Below are positions 10,661 through 21,314 of a stretch of DNA of 64,000 bases, piece after piece. The stretch covers positions 1 to 64,000 of the IMG/VR virus record IMGVR_UViG_3300040801_004034; one strand, 5' to 3'. Each line of letters begins with the position of its first letter. Position 1 is the first letter of the stretch. A program made the position numbers and the translations under genes. Under the pieces are notes generated by a model. That model saw only the letters and a program-made list of their open reading frames with translations. It ran no database searches and had not been told where the DNA came from.

Positions 10661-13042
10661 TTATAACCCGAAACTACCATTACCACTGAGATATACGACA
10701 TCACCGCTCAATGAAACAGTTGTGTAACTATCTGTAAATGCTGAAACGATGTATGTAGTTGTTGTATCGTAATAGTTTTCAGGTACAATTATGTCGTTTG
10801 ATTCAATTACAAACTCATTATTGACAATTTTAAATAACAAAGAATGAATATAAGAGTTGTCATTCAAGTCTACGAATTGCGTCACTATAGAAAATACATC
10901 AAATAATGAGTTATACGCAAATTTCGATGTCTTGATACGTTGTGGTCTTGCTTCAATATCAATATTAAAGTTATCTATAAAGTAATCAATAGGTTGCGTA
11001 TCTCTACTGATAACTGTTTTTGATCTTTTTGTAATAGTATCATACTGGTATACTTCAAAATAATATACTGTGTTAGTCGATGAAAATTGTGGGACAACTG
11101 TGATAGCACCGATATAAATTGAGTTATCGACGTGAATTGATTCAGTATAGCTTGTAAGAAGCGCATCACTCTCCTCATCGAATCGTTCGAAAAGAAGTTC
11201 TTGTGAAATTGATGGGTTAAACACACCATCATATACAAATGAGTCAATTAAAGTATAATTTGTTGTATTAATGATAAACGTTGTATCGATACATGTTATA
11301 TCCCTGATTTCATTGTTCAATTCATCGTACAACTGCGTATTGTTGTTATATTTCGAAAATACATCTATGAATGCACCGCTGAGTGGCTGAAGCTCGTTTG
11401 TTGATATGTTTACAACATACGACTGTTTTGGTATACCAGGTAAGTCTCTATATGATGTTTCATTAGGTTCAGATCCTGGACTTCGTTTGTTTTGCGTTGT
11501 TGTATTTGCTGATTGGAATATATCACGATCGGTAACAAAAGATGTTATATCGTCAAACTGCTTTATACCTGTTGTATCATTTACAAATAATAAAAACTGA
11601 TTACCGAAAATATCAGATGTTACTTTATTGATATACCCTTTATTAACAATTTCTTCATATTTATACTCAAACCCGCTTAATGTATTTGGTGTTAAACGCT
11701 TTTGCTCAATTGAATCATATGAATAAAAATTATGATCGTCTTTACTACTCTTAACAAGCGACTTACCATACCCAGATGATTTGTTTTTGTATACATCATT
11801 AGTTAGGTAAAATACATAAGGTGATTGCGGTACGTTTTTTGATAAATTTGCAATATTACCGAAACCGTTTGGATCAGGGTATGTATATGTTGTATTTGGC
11901 TGTAAATTTGTGTTGAGTTGCGCACCGAATGGACCTTTCATTTTAAGCAATGAAAAGTTTGTTGGTTTAAAATATAAACCTACTTCGCGCTCATATTTTC
12001 TTTTATCTGTTGGTATTACAAGAGACGATGCATTGTTAATATTCAGTATATTACTAACAGGGTTTTCCGCTTCGAACAACACACCTGATACGAATTGCAT
12101 CTCACTGTTAGTAGAAAGATAAAAATAATCAGTACCGAAGTAATTACGTAAAAGCTGCTTTTCGTATATTATTTTCAGTTCATCATCATTCGTCTGGTTA
12201 AAGTTGATATAATCGATATTCTGTAATTTATCAGTATCGAAATCTGCAGTAACTTCACTTACCGATAAAGGGCTACCATCATCAATTGTAATTACAACAT
12301 CACCATCTGTGAGTTGTATACCTCTCCCATTAATTAAATCTGTAAAATACTGTGCTTCGTTTATAAACATTTCAGCACTAAGCAGGTTTGTATTAGCTGA
12401 AAGTTTATTGTCACGCTTTACTAAACCAGAATAGAAATCTTCAAGTTTATTATATGGTATATCATAATAATCATTATATACGTCATAAGCTTCTTCAATA
12501 GCAACAGATGTATTTAACTGAACACCTGTTAAGACAGCTGTATCTGTATCACCTTTTTCAAGAAATGTTAAGATACGGTCTTTAACGAATTGTTCAGTGT
12601 TCTCGAAACTACCACGATTTTTTAAAATACGAACGTTTTTAATTGTTTCATCTCTATCTCGTTTAATCTCTCTACATATTGTTTTGAGACGTTTTACGAA
12701 AAATGGAATTGCAACACTGAGCGATTCCGGATCATCAAAATCAACAGTTCTAATGATACGAGCTTGTTCTGGAGATGTATATGTATACAACAGCTCTTTG
12801 AACATATCAATGTACTGCTCCCTCACTGAGACATTATATGACTCTCCTCTTTCTACAGTTATACTATTCCATTTAACAATATAGGATTCATAGAGCTTAA
12901 AATTCTGAACATCATCATCCAGCAATTGTGTGTAATTGAGAAATTCTAAAAATGAGAAAGGCTTTTGTAAGTCCTGCTTTTCATCAGTTAAATCGTTCGT
13001 TATACTATTATAAATTAGTGCTGTTATCTTTGTTGTTGACAT
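10661..13042 (-). CDS. virion structural protein (baseplate cluster)
   Basis: 793-aa ORF within the late baseplate operon. Confidence 0.55.
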   Translation of the reverse strand: MSTTKITALIYNSITNDLTDEKQDLQKPFSFLEFLNYTQLLDDDVQNFKLYESYIVKWNSITVERGESYNVSVREQYIDMFKELLYTYTSPEQARIIRTVDFDDPESLSVAIPFFVKRLKTICREIKRDRDETIKNVRILKNRGSFENTEQFVKDRILTFLEKGDTDTAVLTGVQLNTSVAIEEAYDVYNDYYDIPYNKLEDFYSGLVKRDNKLSANTNLLSAEMFINEAQYFTDLINGRGIQLTDGDVVITIDDGSPLSVSEVTADFDTDKLQNIDYINFNQTNDDELKIIYEKQLLRNYFGTDYFYLSTNSEMQFVSGVLFEAENPVSNILNINNASSLVIPTDKRKYEREVGLYFKPTNFSLLKMKGPFGAQLNTNLQPNTTYTYPDPNGFGNIANLSKNVPQSPYVFYLTNDVYKNKSSGYGKSLVKSSKDDHNFYSYDSIEQKRLTPNTLSGFEYKYEEIVNKGYINKVTSDIFGNQFLLFVNDTTGIKQFDDITSFVTDRDIFQSANTTTQNKRSPGSEPNETSYRDLPGIPKQSYVVNISTNELQPLSGAFIDVFSKYNNNTQLYDELNNEIRDITCIDTTFIINTTNYTLIDSFVYDGVFNPSISQELLFERFDEESDALLTSYTESIHVDNSIYIGAITVVPQFSSTNTVYYFEVYQYDTITKRSKTVISRDTQPIDYFIDNFNIDIEARPQRIKTSKFAYNSLFDVFSIVTQFVDLNDNSYIHSLLFKIVNNEFVIESNDIIVPENYYDTTTTYIVSAFTDSYTTVSLSGDVVYLSGNGSFGL

Positions 13043-13045
13043 TGA

Positions 13046-14545
13046 TTATGATGTTAAAAGTTGTGTTCGTGTTAGTATTATATTAAGCAGCAGCTCATCG
13101 ATGATACCACCATCATCAGCAAACTGAGATATTGATGAAAGATTACTTAATTGCGTACTCGGATTATTGAAATCTACAAATTCGTTTATAAATGTACCAT
13201 CTATAGTATCGTTAAACTCATAGAACTCATAAAAATCATCGATTCGCTCAGGTTGTTGAGCATCATCGTATGTCTGATGTACCAATCTACCACCATCTTC
13301 TAATGCAAGCACATCGATGTTGTCGTTCGTATATGATTGAAGCTGAAAATTATGCGTTGTGTTGAAAACATTTGGTAGAATAAGATTCCATCCCCAATAC
13401 TTTGAGTAAGCAGAAAGAGGAAATGCTCCTGTTCCTTCATCACTATAACGTAAGTCAAATGTCTGGGGATGAACAGGGTATATTACTTTGTATTTTTCAC
13501 TAAATTTTTCGTATGCAACAATAGGTTTACCTGACACACCTGTGTATAATGTTGTTGTTAGTATTGGAAGTTTATCTCCTAAATTTGTACCGAATGTACT
13601 GCTGTTCTCAAAACCTTTTGAGTCGAAATTATACTGATATGCATTTTCACTACTATGTATTTTGGAAAGATTTAGTGAACCTATATCACAAATACGTCTA
13701 ATTGATGGTGGTAGTGATGAATCGAGTTTGTTATATGTAACCCCGAGCATATCTAAGCTTGATTGAAACTGGTCAATGTTACTTGTTGATATATCAGTTT
13801 CATTCATTGAAAAGTTTGATATCTTTTCATATATTAATGTACCAAGATCCTCTGAACTCGTCTCACCGTCCCCTACAATTTGACCTAAAAATTTATCAAA
13901 GAAATTCGGTTTATCAATTAGTATATTTTGAAATATAAGATCTTTGTATGTCTGTTTCTGATCGTGATCTTCATTTATCTTACGAATGCTATACTTACCT
14001 TCAGCAGGGTAGATATTGAACACTGATGACTCACCTGAAACAGATGAGATAGGCGTTTGCATTGTTGCAATTAGTTTAACATTATCATAGACATTATCAA
14101 CAGTAAAATAACCTTTATACACACCTTGCTCGACGATGCCATCAAATTTATCTACAACATTAATCGGAATTTGATTGTTGTTTGCATCTACACATGAAAG
14201 TGATATACCGTATAAGTTTGTTGAGTCATCAGTTAAATAGAAATTAGGAGCAGTCTTTACAGGAAAATCATTTTCTGTTTTTCCTCGAATAACAAAATAT
14301 ATCTTCTGACCCTTGTAGTATATTTCATTAAGTTCGAATGATGTATCATTATAACCTATTCCATCCACACCGTTTGTTGAAAATACAAGCTTTTCAATCG
14401 GTAACTCATCATTAGTGATATCAAACGTTATCGTTTCAGAAATATTGTTTAATACACTTTTGGTAGACGGGTTAGTATAAAAGTTCGATTCAGTATCATC
14501 AAAACCCTTTAGATCAAAATTTCCATAGATGGTTCTTAAGCTCAT
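13046..14545 (-). CDS. virion structural protein (baseplate cluster)
   Basis: 499-aa ORF; TAAATA 7 nt upstream. Confidence 0.55.
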   Translation of the reverse strand: MSLRTIYGNFDLKGFDDTESNFYTNPSTKSVLNNISETITFDITNDELPIEKLVFSTNGVDGIGYNDTSFELNEIYYKGQKIYFVIRGKTENDFPVKTAPNFYLTDDSTNLYGISLSCVDANNNQIPINVVDKFDGIVEQGVYKGYFTVDNVYDNVKLIATMQTPISSVSGESSVFNIYPAEGKYSIRKINEDHDQKQTYKDLIFQNILIDKPNFFDKFLGQIVGDGETSSEDLGTLIYEKISNFSMNETDISTSNIDQFQSSLDMLGVTYNKLDSSLPPSIRRICDIGSLNLSKIHSSENAYQYNFDSKGFENSSTFGTNLGDKLPILTTTLYTGVSGKPIVAYEKFSEKYKVIYPVHPQTFDLRYSDEGTGAFPLSAYSKYWGWNLILPNVFNTTHNFQLQSYTNDNIDVLALEDGGRLVHQTYDDAQQPERIDDFYEFYEFNDTIDGTFINEFVDFNNPSTQLSNLSSISQFADDGGIIDELLLNIILTRTQLLTS

Positions 14546-14562
14546 TCACTATTATTTAAGGC

Positions 14563-15300
14563 TTAATCCTCGTAGTAATAGAACGAACCGTAACCAATTG
14601 TCCCAAGGAAGAAAGAATCGATCGTTTGAGTTGTTGAGTAGAAAATAAATCTCTCTTCAAGCTTACCGTATATATTAACAGACGTTGTTTGGACACTATC
14701 AATAATTTCAAAATCATCAGAAACATCATTCAGAAAGAAGCAGCTCTTTTTAAATTGAAAATCTGGCATATTTTGATATTTTTTTGCAGTAATAAGTTCA
14801 CGTTCATTTTTATCAACTGATAAATTAATTTTATAACCATTAGCTGATAGTGTTCTTGAAGCTGTATCGCTATTGATTCGATAAACATTAACCTTCACAC
14901 GAGATTCACTCTTTCGTTGTGTTGGTTCTCCATCTATTGTAAATGTTACACGGTCTGGAATAGATGCACGAACAGTAATTTCTACAACATTTTTTGATTT
15001 GTAAAATTTACCGTCTTTATCAACAACTATAGCTGTTATTGTATACTTACCGGGTGATGTATACACATGTGATGGTTTTGCATCATCTGATGTCGTACCA
15101 TCACCAAAGTCTACATAATAATTGTTATCACTAACAAACAACCCAGTGTTATCAAAATCTAGTTCAATACTTATCCTACCTATATTACCGGTAAAAGTTT
15201 CAGTAACATCATCACCATTTCTATCGAAAATCGTTATACCAACCGGTAACAATTCTAAATTATCATAATTATTCTGCTGTATGTTTTTAACTTTGCGCAT
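14563..15300 (-). CDS. PKD-domain structural protein
   Basis: YYVDFGDGTTS…PSHVYTSPGKYTITAIVVD is a canonical PKD motif. Confidence 0.75.
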   Translation of the reverse strand: MRKVKNIQQNNYDNLELLPVGITIFDRNGDDVTETFTGNIGRISIELDFDNTGLFVSDNNYYVDFGDGTTSDDAKPSHVYTSPGKYTITAIVVDKDGKFYKSKNVVEITVRASIPDRVTFTIDGEPTQRKSESRVKVNVYRINSDTASRTLSANGYKINLSVDKNERELITAKKYQNMPDFQFKKSCFFLNDVSDDFEIIDSVQTTSVNIYGKLEERFIFYSTTQTIDSFFLGTIGYGSFYYYED

Positions 15301-17101
15301 CTTCTACTATAATATTATCAAGGATTGTATCGTTATATAAATATGGAAATTTATAGAAAGGCATTTTGGTATCAGCAGTTATGATATCAATATCCTGTGT
15401 TGGGTATATTGAATTGAATATAACTAGACTGATATTAGGTGTTTCAAGTGTACCTTTTCGTATTAACACATCCTTAACACCTGGTATAGTAAATAGCTGG
15501 TTTTTGAGTTCGAGAATACCAATTGTGCTTCCTAAACCAATGCTCTTAAAATATGATTTGAAGATATTATTTGCTTGTTGTTTGATTCGCTCACTACCAA
15601 GTCTACTATTTTGATCCTTCTTAATTATAAGATATGTTTCATCTTTGACATCTACTGTTAGCTCTTCAGTTGGTAGTTTAATACCTAATGTGACACCGAT
15701 ATAAACAGGGTCTTGGGGTACAAGCTCTACGTTCAACATTCTACGTCGTGACATCTCATCAAGTATAAGGTTCTTTTGAGATGCAGTAAGATAGTTTAAA
15801 TCGTTATTTGAACTTACGTTTGATACTTTCGGTACTAAGAACATATACACGTTGTTAATATTAGCAGTGGAAGCAAATTTAACTTGGTTGAATAAAAATC
15901 TTGGATCGTCGTTTGGTTTATCGAGACCGAGTTGATAGAAATAGTTTAAATACCCATCGATAAACTCATTATTGTTTACCACGCTAAATGATTCAAGGAT
16001 ATTTGAAAACTCCTTATTAAGGAATACCTCATAATCAGATTGTGTAACAAGTCTATTTTGTCTTTGAAACGTTTTAGGTGCGTTGACTCTTATTTCATCA
16101 ACTGTTTCAATTTCTTTTGCAGGTGTTGATTTAACAGTGTTAGCAAAATCAAGATTTAATAATTGTGTCGGTGTAATAAGTGTCAGATTCTGGTCAGCAT
16201 AAACATCGTTTGTTATACGTTCAAACAACGGTGTGGAGAACAATGTTAATTGATTATCATCCAGATCACCAACATCAATTTCACCAGATGCACCATCACT
16301 TTTCACATAATAAATATAAACTTGGTCACCTGCTTTAAGTCTATTACCAAACACACTATTACCAAATTTAAATTCATATAAACCGTTTTCATTTATTCGT
16401 TTTTCATATACTTTTGCAGATGGGGTTTGTAGAAACATATTGTCCACTTCTGTATATTGAGTAAACTTACCGGTATCGGTATCTCTCACGTAAATATCTA
16501 CACTTTCTTCATCAATATTAAACGGTTGTTGTGTTACTGTATCTTTCGTTGCAAGCGTAATTACTTCGAAATCTTCTCCGAATGCACCTTGTGGAGGATG
16601 CTCTATAAAGCTACCTTGATATAAAAGATTTTCATCTGATACTGACTTAAGCACTTGTTCACCAGCTGTTGTCTTAGTAAATGTTACATCATCGATGAAG
16701 CTGTATTTATTACCATTTACATCAAAACTTGCATAACGTGGTATTGTGTATGTACCAGCTGGCAGGTCCTCTGTTGCTGTTACTTTAAACGAAAGTAAAG
16801 ATGTTTGGTAACCAGTAGGTTTGTAATCGATCATCTTAACAATACGATTCATATTTTCATATATGCTCGTGTCTGTAAACATAGACTCGCTTGAGGTCTG
16901 ATTCAAATAGAAAAGTAGTGTATGGTATGAATATGCAATTATATCGATAATTGCTGATATATTACTTCCTTCGTAATTTTGATCGGTAAACGCTCCACCT
17001 TCATTAAGTCTTTGTTTGATAAGTTGCTTTAGAGAAAGTGCATCAAAACATGCATAAGCATTTTTTGGTAGCGTAAAATCTGTATTGTTGTTATCGGCCA
17101 T
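15287..17101 (-). CDS. gp6: baseplate wedge subunit gp6
   Basis: FTDQNYEGSNISAIIDIIAY, FKFGNSVFG, ETVDEIRVNAPKTFQRQNRLVTQSDY. Confidence 0.9.
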   Translation of the reverse strand: MADNNNTDFTLPKNAYACFDALSLKQLIKQRLNEGGAFTDQNYEGSNISAIIDIIAYSYHTLLFYLNQTSSESMFTDTSIYENMNRIVKMIDYKPTGYQTSLLSFKVTATEDLPAGTYTIPRYASFDVNGNKYSFIDDVTFTKTTAGEQVLKSVSDENLLYQGSFIEHPPQGAFGEDFEVITLATKDTVTQQPFNIDEESVDIYVRDTDTGKFTQYTEVDNMFLQTPSAKVYEKRINENGLYEFKFGNSVFGNRLKAGDQVYIYYVKSDGASGEIDVGDLDDNQLTLFSTPLFERITNDVYADQNLTLITPTQLLNLDFANTVKSTPAKEIETVDEIRVNAPKTFQRQNRLVTQSDYEVFLNKEFSNILESFSVVNNNEFIDGYLNYFYQLGLDKPNDDPRFLFNQVKFASTANINNVYMFLVPKVSNVSSNNDLNYLTASQKNLILDEMSRRRMLNVELVPQDPVYIGVTLGIKLPTEELTVDVKDETYLIIKKDQNSRLGSERIKQQANNIFKSYFKSIGLGSTIGILELKNQLFTIPGVKDVLIRKGTLETPNISLVIFNSIYPTQDIDIITADTKMPFYKFPYLYNDTILDNIIVEDAQS

Positions 17102-17114
17102 ATATTTTATTTAA

Positions 17115-17588
17115 TTAAGTTGTATAGAAACCGGTTTGATCAAGCACACCTGATGTGATAAGAGGTTCGTTGTTAAAACGCGGTATAGTATATTTCACTG
17201 TTATTACATATTGCTGATCATCCTCATTAGCCACTACATTCACGTTTAAAATACGTACACGTGGTTCAAATTTTGCTACTGTTGATACGATTGTTTCACC
17301 TATTACACGAGCTCTTGGTTGTGTCACCGGTAAAAATAATAAATCACCAAAATTGATCCCGAAGGTTGGATTTAAAATTTTCTCACCCTGGGATGTTGTA
17401 AGTAAGCTAACAAATGCATTTCTAATTGCTCCAATATTATTATCTGTTTGAAAATCCTTATTCGGTCGTTTATGTAGTTCTGTTTTCTGTAAAACACCGA
17501 ATTTGAGATCCATATGCAAATCAGTATATATTGTAGAGTCTGGTCTACTTTCATTACGCTTCAATACATCTAATCTAATCTTTGCCAT
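17115..17588 (-). CDS. gp25: baseplate wedge subunit gp25
   Basis: AIRNAFVSLLTTSQGEKILNPTFG…FEPRVRILNVNV. Confidence 0.9.
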   Translation of the reverse strand: MAKIRLDVLKRNESRPDSTIYTDLHMDLKFGVLQKTELHKRPNKDFQTDNNIGAIRNAFVSLLTTSQGEKILNPTFGINFGDLLFLPVTQPRARVIGETIVSTVAKFEPRVRILNVNVVANEDDQQYVITVKYTIPRFNNEPLITSGVLDQTGFYTT

Positions 17589-17662
17589 TGTTAAATATTT
17601 ATGACAACAAACTATGTTAACTATTCGATTGTGTTTTTATACCGCTCTTTATAAATAATAGT

Positions 17663-18244
17663 ATGGAAAGCAAATTTCTCACTTTAGCAGAGCAAACAAT
17701 CAATCGTTACACTAATGGCGGGGTTCAAAAAAATGATGTCGTTAAATTAGTATCAAATTATAAAACGACCCCGGTATATAAAGATCTTTCACCTGAAGTT
17801 CAAAAGCATATTGAAGACTATTTTCAAGACGGTAAGCAATATAGAGCAATTGATGTTAAACCTCTTCTCCCATCTAACGACGTTGGTGTATCAGATAACC
17901 GCGGAACAACATTTAACGTTGAGGTAGCAGTAGAAATTGCACCTGGTAGATATGATGCACAAAACAAGGTAACAATTCCTGCTCAACTTCTTGAAGTTGA
18001 TGAAACATATCCTAATCTTCCAAATATTCCGGATGATGCAAAATATGATAATAAAGTTTCGATGACCCCGAAAGAACCTGAAGAAAATGAGGAAGAGCAA
18101 CAAACGATGACTCAGCAAGGTGATAAGCTCAAAAAGAGTGAAACGAAATTACCTATTAAAAACACTGATATTTCAAAGACATCAGCACCTGATAAAAATA
18201 TTGTCGGTGAAAGTTACGTTGCTGGCTTTATGAAAGGGTACTAA
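17663..18244 (+). CDS. hypothetical late protein (possible head/internal protein)
   Basis: 193 aa; TATAAATA 5 nt upstream; N-terminus MESKFLTLAE. Confidence 0.65.
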   Translation: MESKFLTLAEQTINRYTNGGVQKNDVVKLVSNYKTTPVYKDLSPEVQKHIEDYFQDGKQYRAIDVKPLLPSNDVGVSDNRGTTFNVEVAVEIAPGRYDAQNKVTIPAQLLEVDETYPNLPNIPDDAKYDNKVSMTPKEPEENEEEQQTMTQQGDKLKKSETKLPIKNTDISKTSAPDKNIVGESYVAGFMKGY

Positions 18245-18284
18245 TAATCGGTAAGTAGCATATGGGCTATGATTAAATAAAAAT

Positions 18285-19490
18285 ATGCCTTATGATTTAG
18301 AAAATTTAATCCGTGCCGGGATTCTCGATATCGAGCTTAGTGTACCTGACCCTACTGTTGGCGGGGTTAGCGCAGGTGACGGTGCAATCGGTTTTGGTAG
18401 CGACAAAACAAGATGGATAAAATTAGATATAGCTGATACTGCTTGGAAACGTATAGTGTTTAGTAACGAGCTTAACTGGGACCTATTTGAGTATAGTAGA
18501 ACATATAATGTTGGTGAAAAATTTAGAGATGATGTCGTGTTTAAAGTTTATGAAGTTACAACATTATTCACATCTACATCTGCACGATTAAGTGGCGACC
18601 CTACAGCTGAATATGTTGATGCAGCTGATACCAACCAATGTAAAGTCGTGTTTGATTTTTCTGCTGCTCCTGACGCATGTCGAGATGCACTCGCTCTCAC
18701 CGAAGCTGCTCGTGATACAACACTTCTGAGTATTTCAGCATTTGATGAGAGATATATTGGTGCTTTTGCAAATGATACACTTGCTAATGCTGTTACCGGT
18801 GTTTCGATTGATGTTGGTGATATATACTACAATACTTCAACACTTACTCTTAAATTCTGGGATGGTGTAAATTGGACAACACCTATTAGCGATATTGAAG
18901 CAGCTTTATCTGTTACTCAAACTGCATCGGCGAATGCCTTATTCTATGCTTTAAGTGCTGAAACATATGCTTTAAGTGCTGAAACATATGCTACATCAAT
19001 TGTTGATACTGATCGCATTGCTGATTTAGCAATTACAACACCAAAGATAGATAATCTTGCTGTTACAGAAGCTAAAATTAATACTGGTGCAGTAACAGAA
19101 GCTAAAATTAATACCGGTGCAGTAACAGCTGGTAAAATTGGATCAAATGCTGTTACAGAAGCTAAAATTAATACTGGCGCAGTTACTGTTAACAAAATTG
19201 GCTCAAATGCTGTTACAGAAGCTAAAATTAATACTGGTGCAGTTACTGTTAACAAAATCGGTTCAAATGCAGTTACTAATGTAAAAATTGCTAATGATGC
19301 TATCACAGCTAATAAGATTGATAGTACAATCACAATTGCTGTAGCAAGTCTTAGTTCTTATGATGTGGAGATAAACGATACATCAACAGTACCTACAACA
19401 CCTACAACAGGCGGGGTTATGTTTGTTTCAGCTGGTGATCTAAAATATATAGGTTCAGGTGGTACGATAACGACAATAGCTACAGCTTAA
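18285..19490 (+). CDS. fibre-like protein with 10-aa repeats
   Basis: GDIYYNT…WDG..W module and AVTxxKIxxx repeats; TAAATA 5 nt upstream. Confidence 0.7.
   Translation: MPYDLENLIRAGILDIELSVPDPTVGGVSAGDGAIGFGSDKTRWIKLDIADTAWKRIVFSNELNWDLFEYSRTYNVGEKFRDDVVFKVYEVTTLFTSTSARLSGDPTAEYVDAADTNQCKVVFDFSAAPDACRDALALTEAARDTTLLSISAFDERYIGAFANDTLANAVTGVSIDVGDIYYNTSTLTLKFWDGVNWTTPISDIEAALSVTQTASANALFYALSAETYALSAETYATSIVDTDRIADLAITTPKIDNLAVTEAKINTGAVTEAKINTGAVTAGKIGSNAVTEAKINTGAVTVNKIGSNAVTEAKINTGAVTVNKIGSNAVTNVKIANDAITANKIDSTITIAVASLSSYDVEINDTSTVPTTPTTGGVMFVSAGDLKYIGSGGTITTIATA
18945..18992 (+). repeat. 21-bp tandem repeat TATGCTTTAAGTGCTGAAACA x2.3 (YALSAET)
   Basis: Exact direct duplication in the sequence. 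Confidence 0.9.
19029..19328 (+). repeat. 30-bp coding tandem repeat, about 10 units (AVTEAKINTG/AVTVNKIGSN)
   Basis: Near-identical units such as GCTGTTACAGAAGCTAAAATTAATACTGG. Confidence 0.9.
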
Positions 19491-19538
19491 TCTGATACTG
19501 TTGTACAAACCAGTTTATAACCATAAATAAATGTAAGT

Positions 19539-20000
19539 ATGTCAGTACCAGGTATTAAAATCTCGCAGTTAACAAAAACATCATCACTATCTGGTGTTGC
19601 AGCGTTTGTTGTATCCCAAAACGGTTCAACGTTTCAGACATCAATTAGTGCAGGTTATGTAACAGGTTATAACACTCTACAAACGAAACAGAACAATGTT
19701 GTTACATTCCCTGAAAATTTTATAGGTGGTGGGGTGAACAATACTATTTCGAGTAATAATTCAGCAATACTTGGTGGTAGTAACAATACTATACAAACAA
19801 CTCATGATAATTCTTTTATAGTTGGTAATAATTTAACATCAACACAACCAAATACAATTTATACAAATAATATAATTTCTAGCGGTACGATATCTGGCAC
19901 AACAATATCTGGTACGTTGAATCTTACGAGCCCTGATAGCAGCGAATGGGCTCTTTCAATCGACAACAACGGTACATTAATAACAACAAAAATAATATAA
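19539..20000 (+). CDS. short fibre/spike-like protein
   Basis: N-terminal KISQL motif; IGGGVNN/ILGGSNN beta-roll-like repeats. Confidence 0.6.
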   Translation: MSVPGIKISQLTKTSSLSGVAAFVVSQNGSTFQTSISAGYVTGYNTLQTKQNNVVTFPENFIGGGVNNTISSNNSAILGGSNNTIQTTHDNSFIVGNNLTSTQPNTIYTNNIISSGTISGTTISGTLNLTSPDSSEWALSIDNNGTLITTKII

Positions 20001-20003
20001 TTT

Positions 20004-21314
20004 ATGCCAACACATACTACAACACAAGATTTAGACACAAACTCACCACAAATCGATGGTGCTACAGCTACAAAAGGTTCATTCGGGGTAGCACCGGATG
20101 GTACACGTTATGTTAAAAATGGGCCAGCTGATACTGATTGGGAGGTTGCTGGTACAGGAAGCGATGGAGATGCTACTAACCTTGATCCCTTATTGTTACG
20201 TCAAGCACAGTTAGCACAAGAATACATTGATGGTCAATATACAACAAGTGAAATTAAAACTATCCCGTTTACACCTTCTGTAGCAGGTGATCCGAATAAT
20301 CAGTTTCGTTGCGGTGTTTATGATATCATTAAAGAGCGTATTATATTTATACCAACAAACGGTGAAAAATTTAATATTATAGATCAAAATACTAACACAA
20401 CCACACAATCTACATTCGGTTTAGATCTTACTACACCTAATTGGATATCTGTTTGCTTAGGAAATGATGGTAAAGCATATGCTACACCTGACGCTGATAA
20501 CATTACCGGATTTCTCATTATTGATTTAGAAAACGATACAGCTACTGAATCAAGATTTGGTTTACCGCTTTCAGCTTTCGAAGAAAATGAATTTGGTAAA
20601 GTACAATGGCTTGGAATTTGCAACGGTGGTAATGGAAAGTTGTATGCAATGCCATTTAACAGTAATTTTGTATGCATTATTGATACAGAAACACAGACTG
20701 CTGAGCTTAAAGATTATGGTCTCGATTTTGTTGGAAATGGATCATATAGAGGTTGTATTACAGGTCTTGATGGTAGAATTTACGGCACACCGCTAAATTC
20801 TACTTCGGTCCTTATTATAGATCCGGTAACTGACACAGCTACGCAAACCGATTTCGGTATTGATATGAACGATCAACAATGGAATTATGCTGGTACTGGT
20901 CCTGATGGTAAAATTTACTGCTTACCATATAGAGCAGAAGGTGTATTAATAATTGATCCAGCTACTGATACAGCAATAGTAAAAGACTATGGTGCTGATT
21001 GGGCGGTAAGACGACCAGCATATAGAGGAGCTTCTACAGGTGTTGACGGTAGAATTTACGGTTTTCCATATAGAGGTATACGTGAAATTGCTATTCTTGA
21101 TCCTGTTGCAGACACACTCGAATTCACAACAGCTGGTATAGATTTTGATAACGGTGGTACTAATGGTAGCTCCCTTCGTTATGATGGTGGCGTTATTGCT
21201 TCAAACGGTAATTTATACCCTGTAATGGCAAAAGGTGAGGTACAACTTGTTATAGAAAATAACTTAATTAAAAGTTTCCCAAGAGCATGGACACCACCAT
21301 ATAATAACAATTAA
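20004..21314 (+). CDS. beta-propeller protein, putative receptor-binding or decoration protein
   Basis: Six to seven repeats of GxDG[KR]IYxxP…ILIIDPxTDTA. Confidence 0.65.
   Translation: MPTHTTTQDLDTNSPQIDGATATKGSFGVAPDGTRYVKNGPADTDWEVAGTGSDGDATNLDPLLLRQAQLAQEYIDGQYTTSEIKTIPFTPSVAGDPNNQFRCGVYDIIKERIIFIPTNGEKFNIIDQNTNTTTQSTFGLDLTTPNWISVCLGNDGKAYATPDADNITGFLIIDLENDTATESRFGLPLSAFEENEFGKVQWLGICNGGNGKLYAMPFNSNFVCIIDTETQTAELKDYGLDFVGNGSYRGCITGLDGRIYGTPLNSTSVLIIDPVTDTATQTDFGIDMNDQQWNYAGTGPDGKIYCLPYRAEGVLIIDPATDTAIVKDYGADWAVRRPAYRGASTGVDGRIYGFPYRGIREIAILDPVADTLEFTTAGIDFDNGGTNGSSLRYDGGVIASNGNLYPVMAKGEVQLVIENNLIKSFPRAWTPPYNNN

Noticed and set aside
19029-19328. CRISPR array
   Set aside because: The units are contiguous in-frame coding repeats without unique spacers, and no cas genes are present.
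3025-21314. Diversity-generating retroelement acting on the fibre genes
   Set aside because: No reverse transcriptase and no template/variable repeat pair with adenine-specific mismatches were seen in the window.
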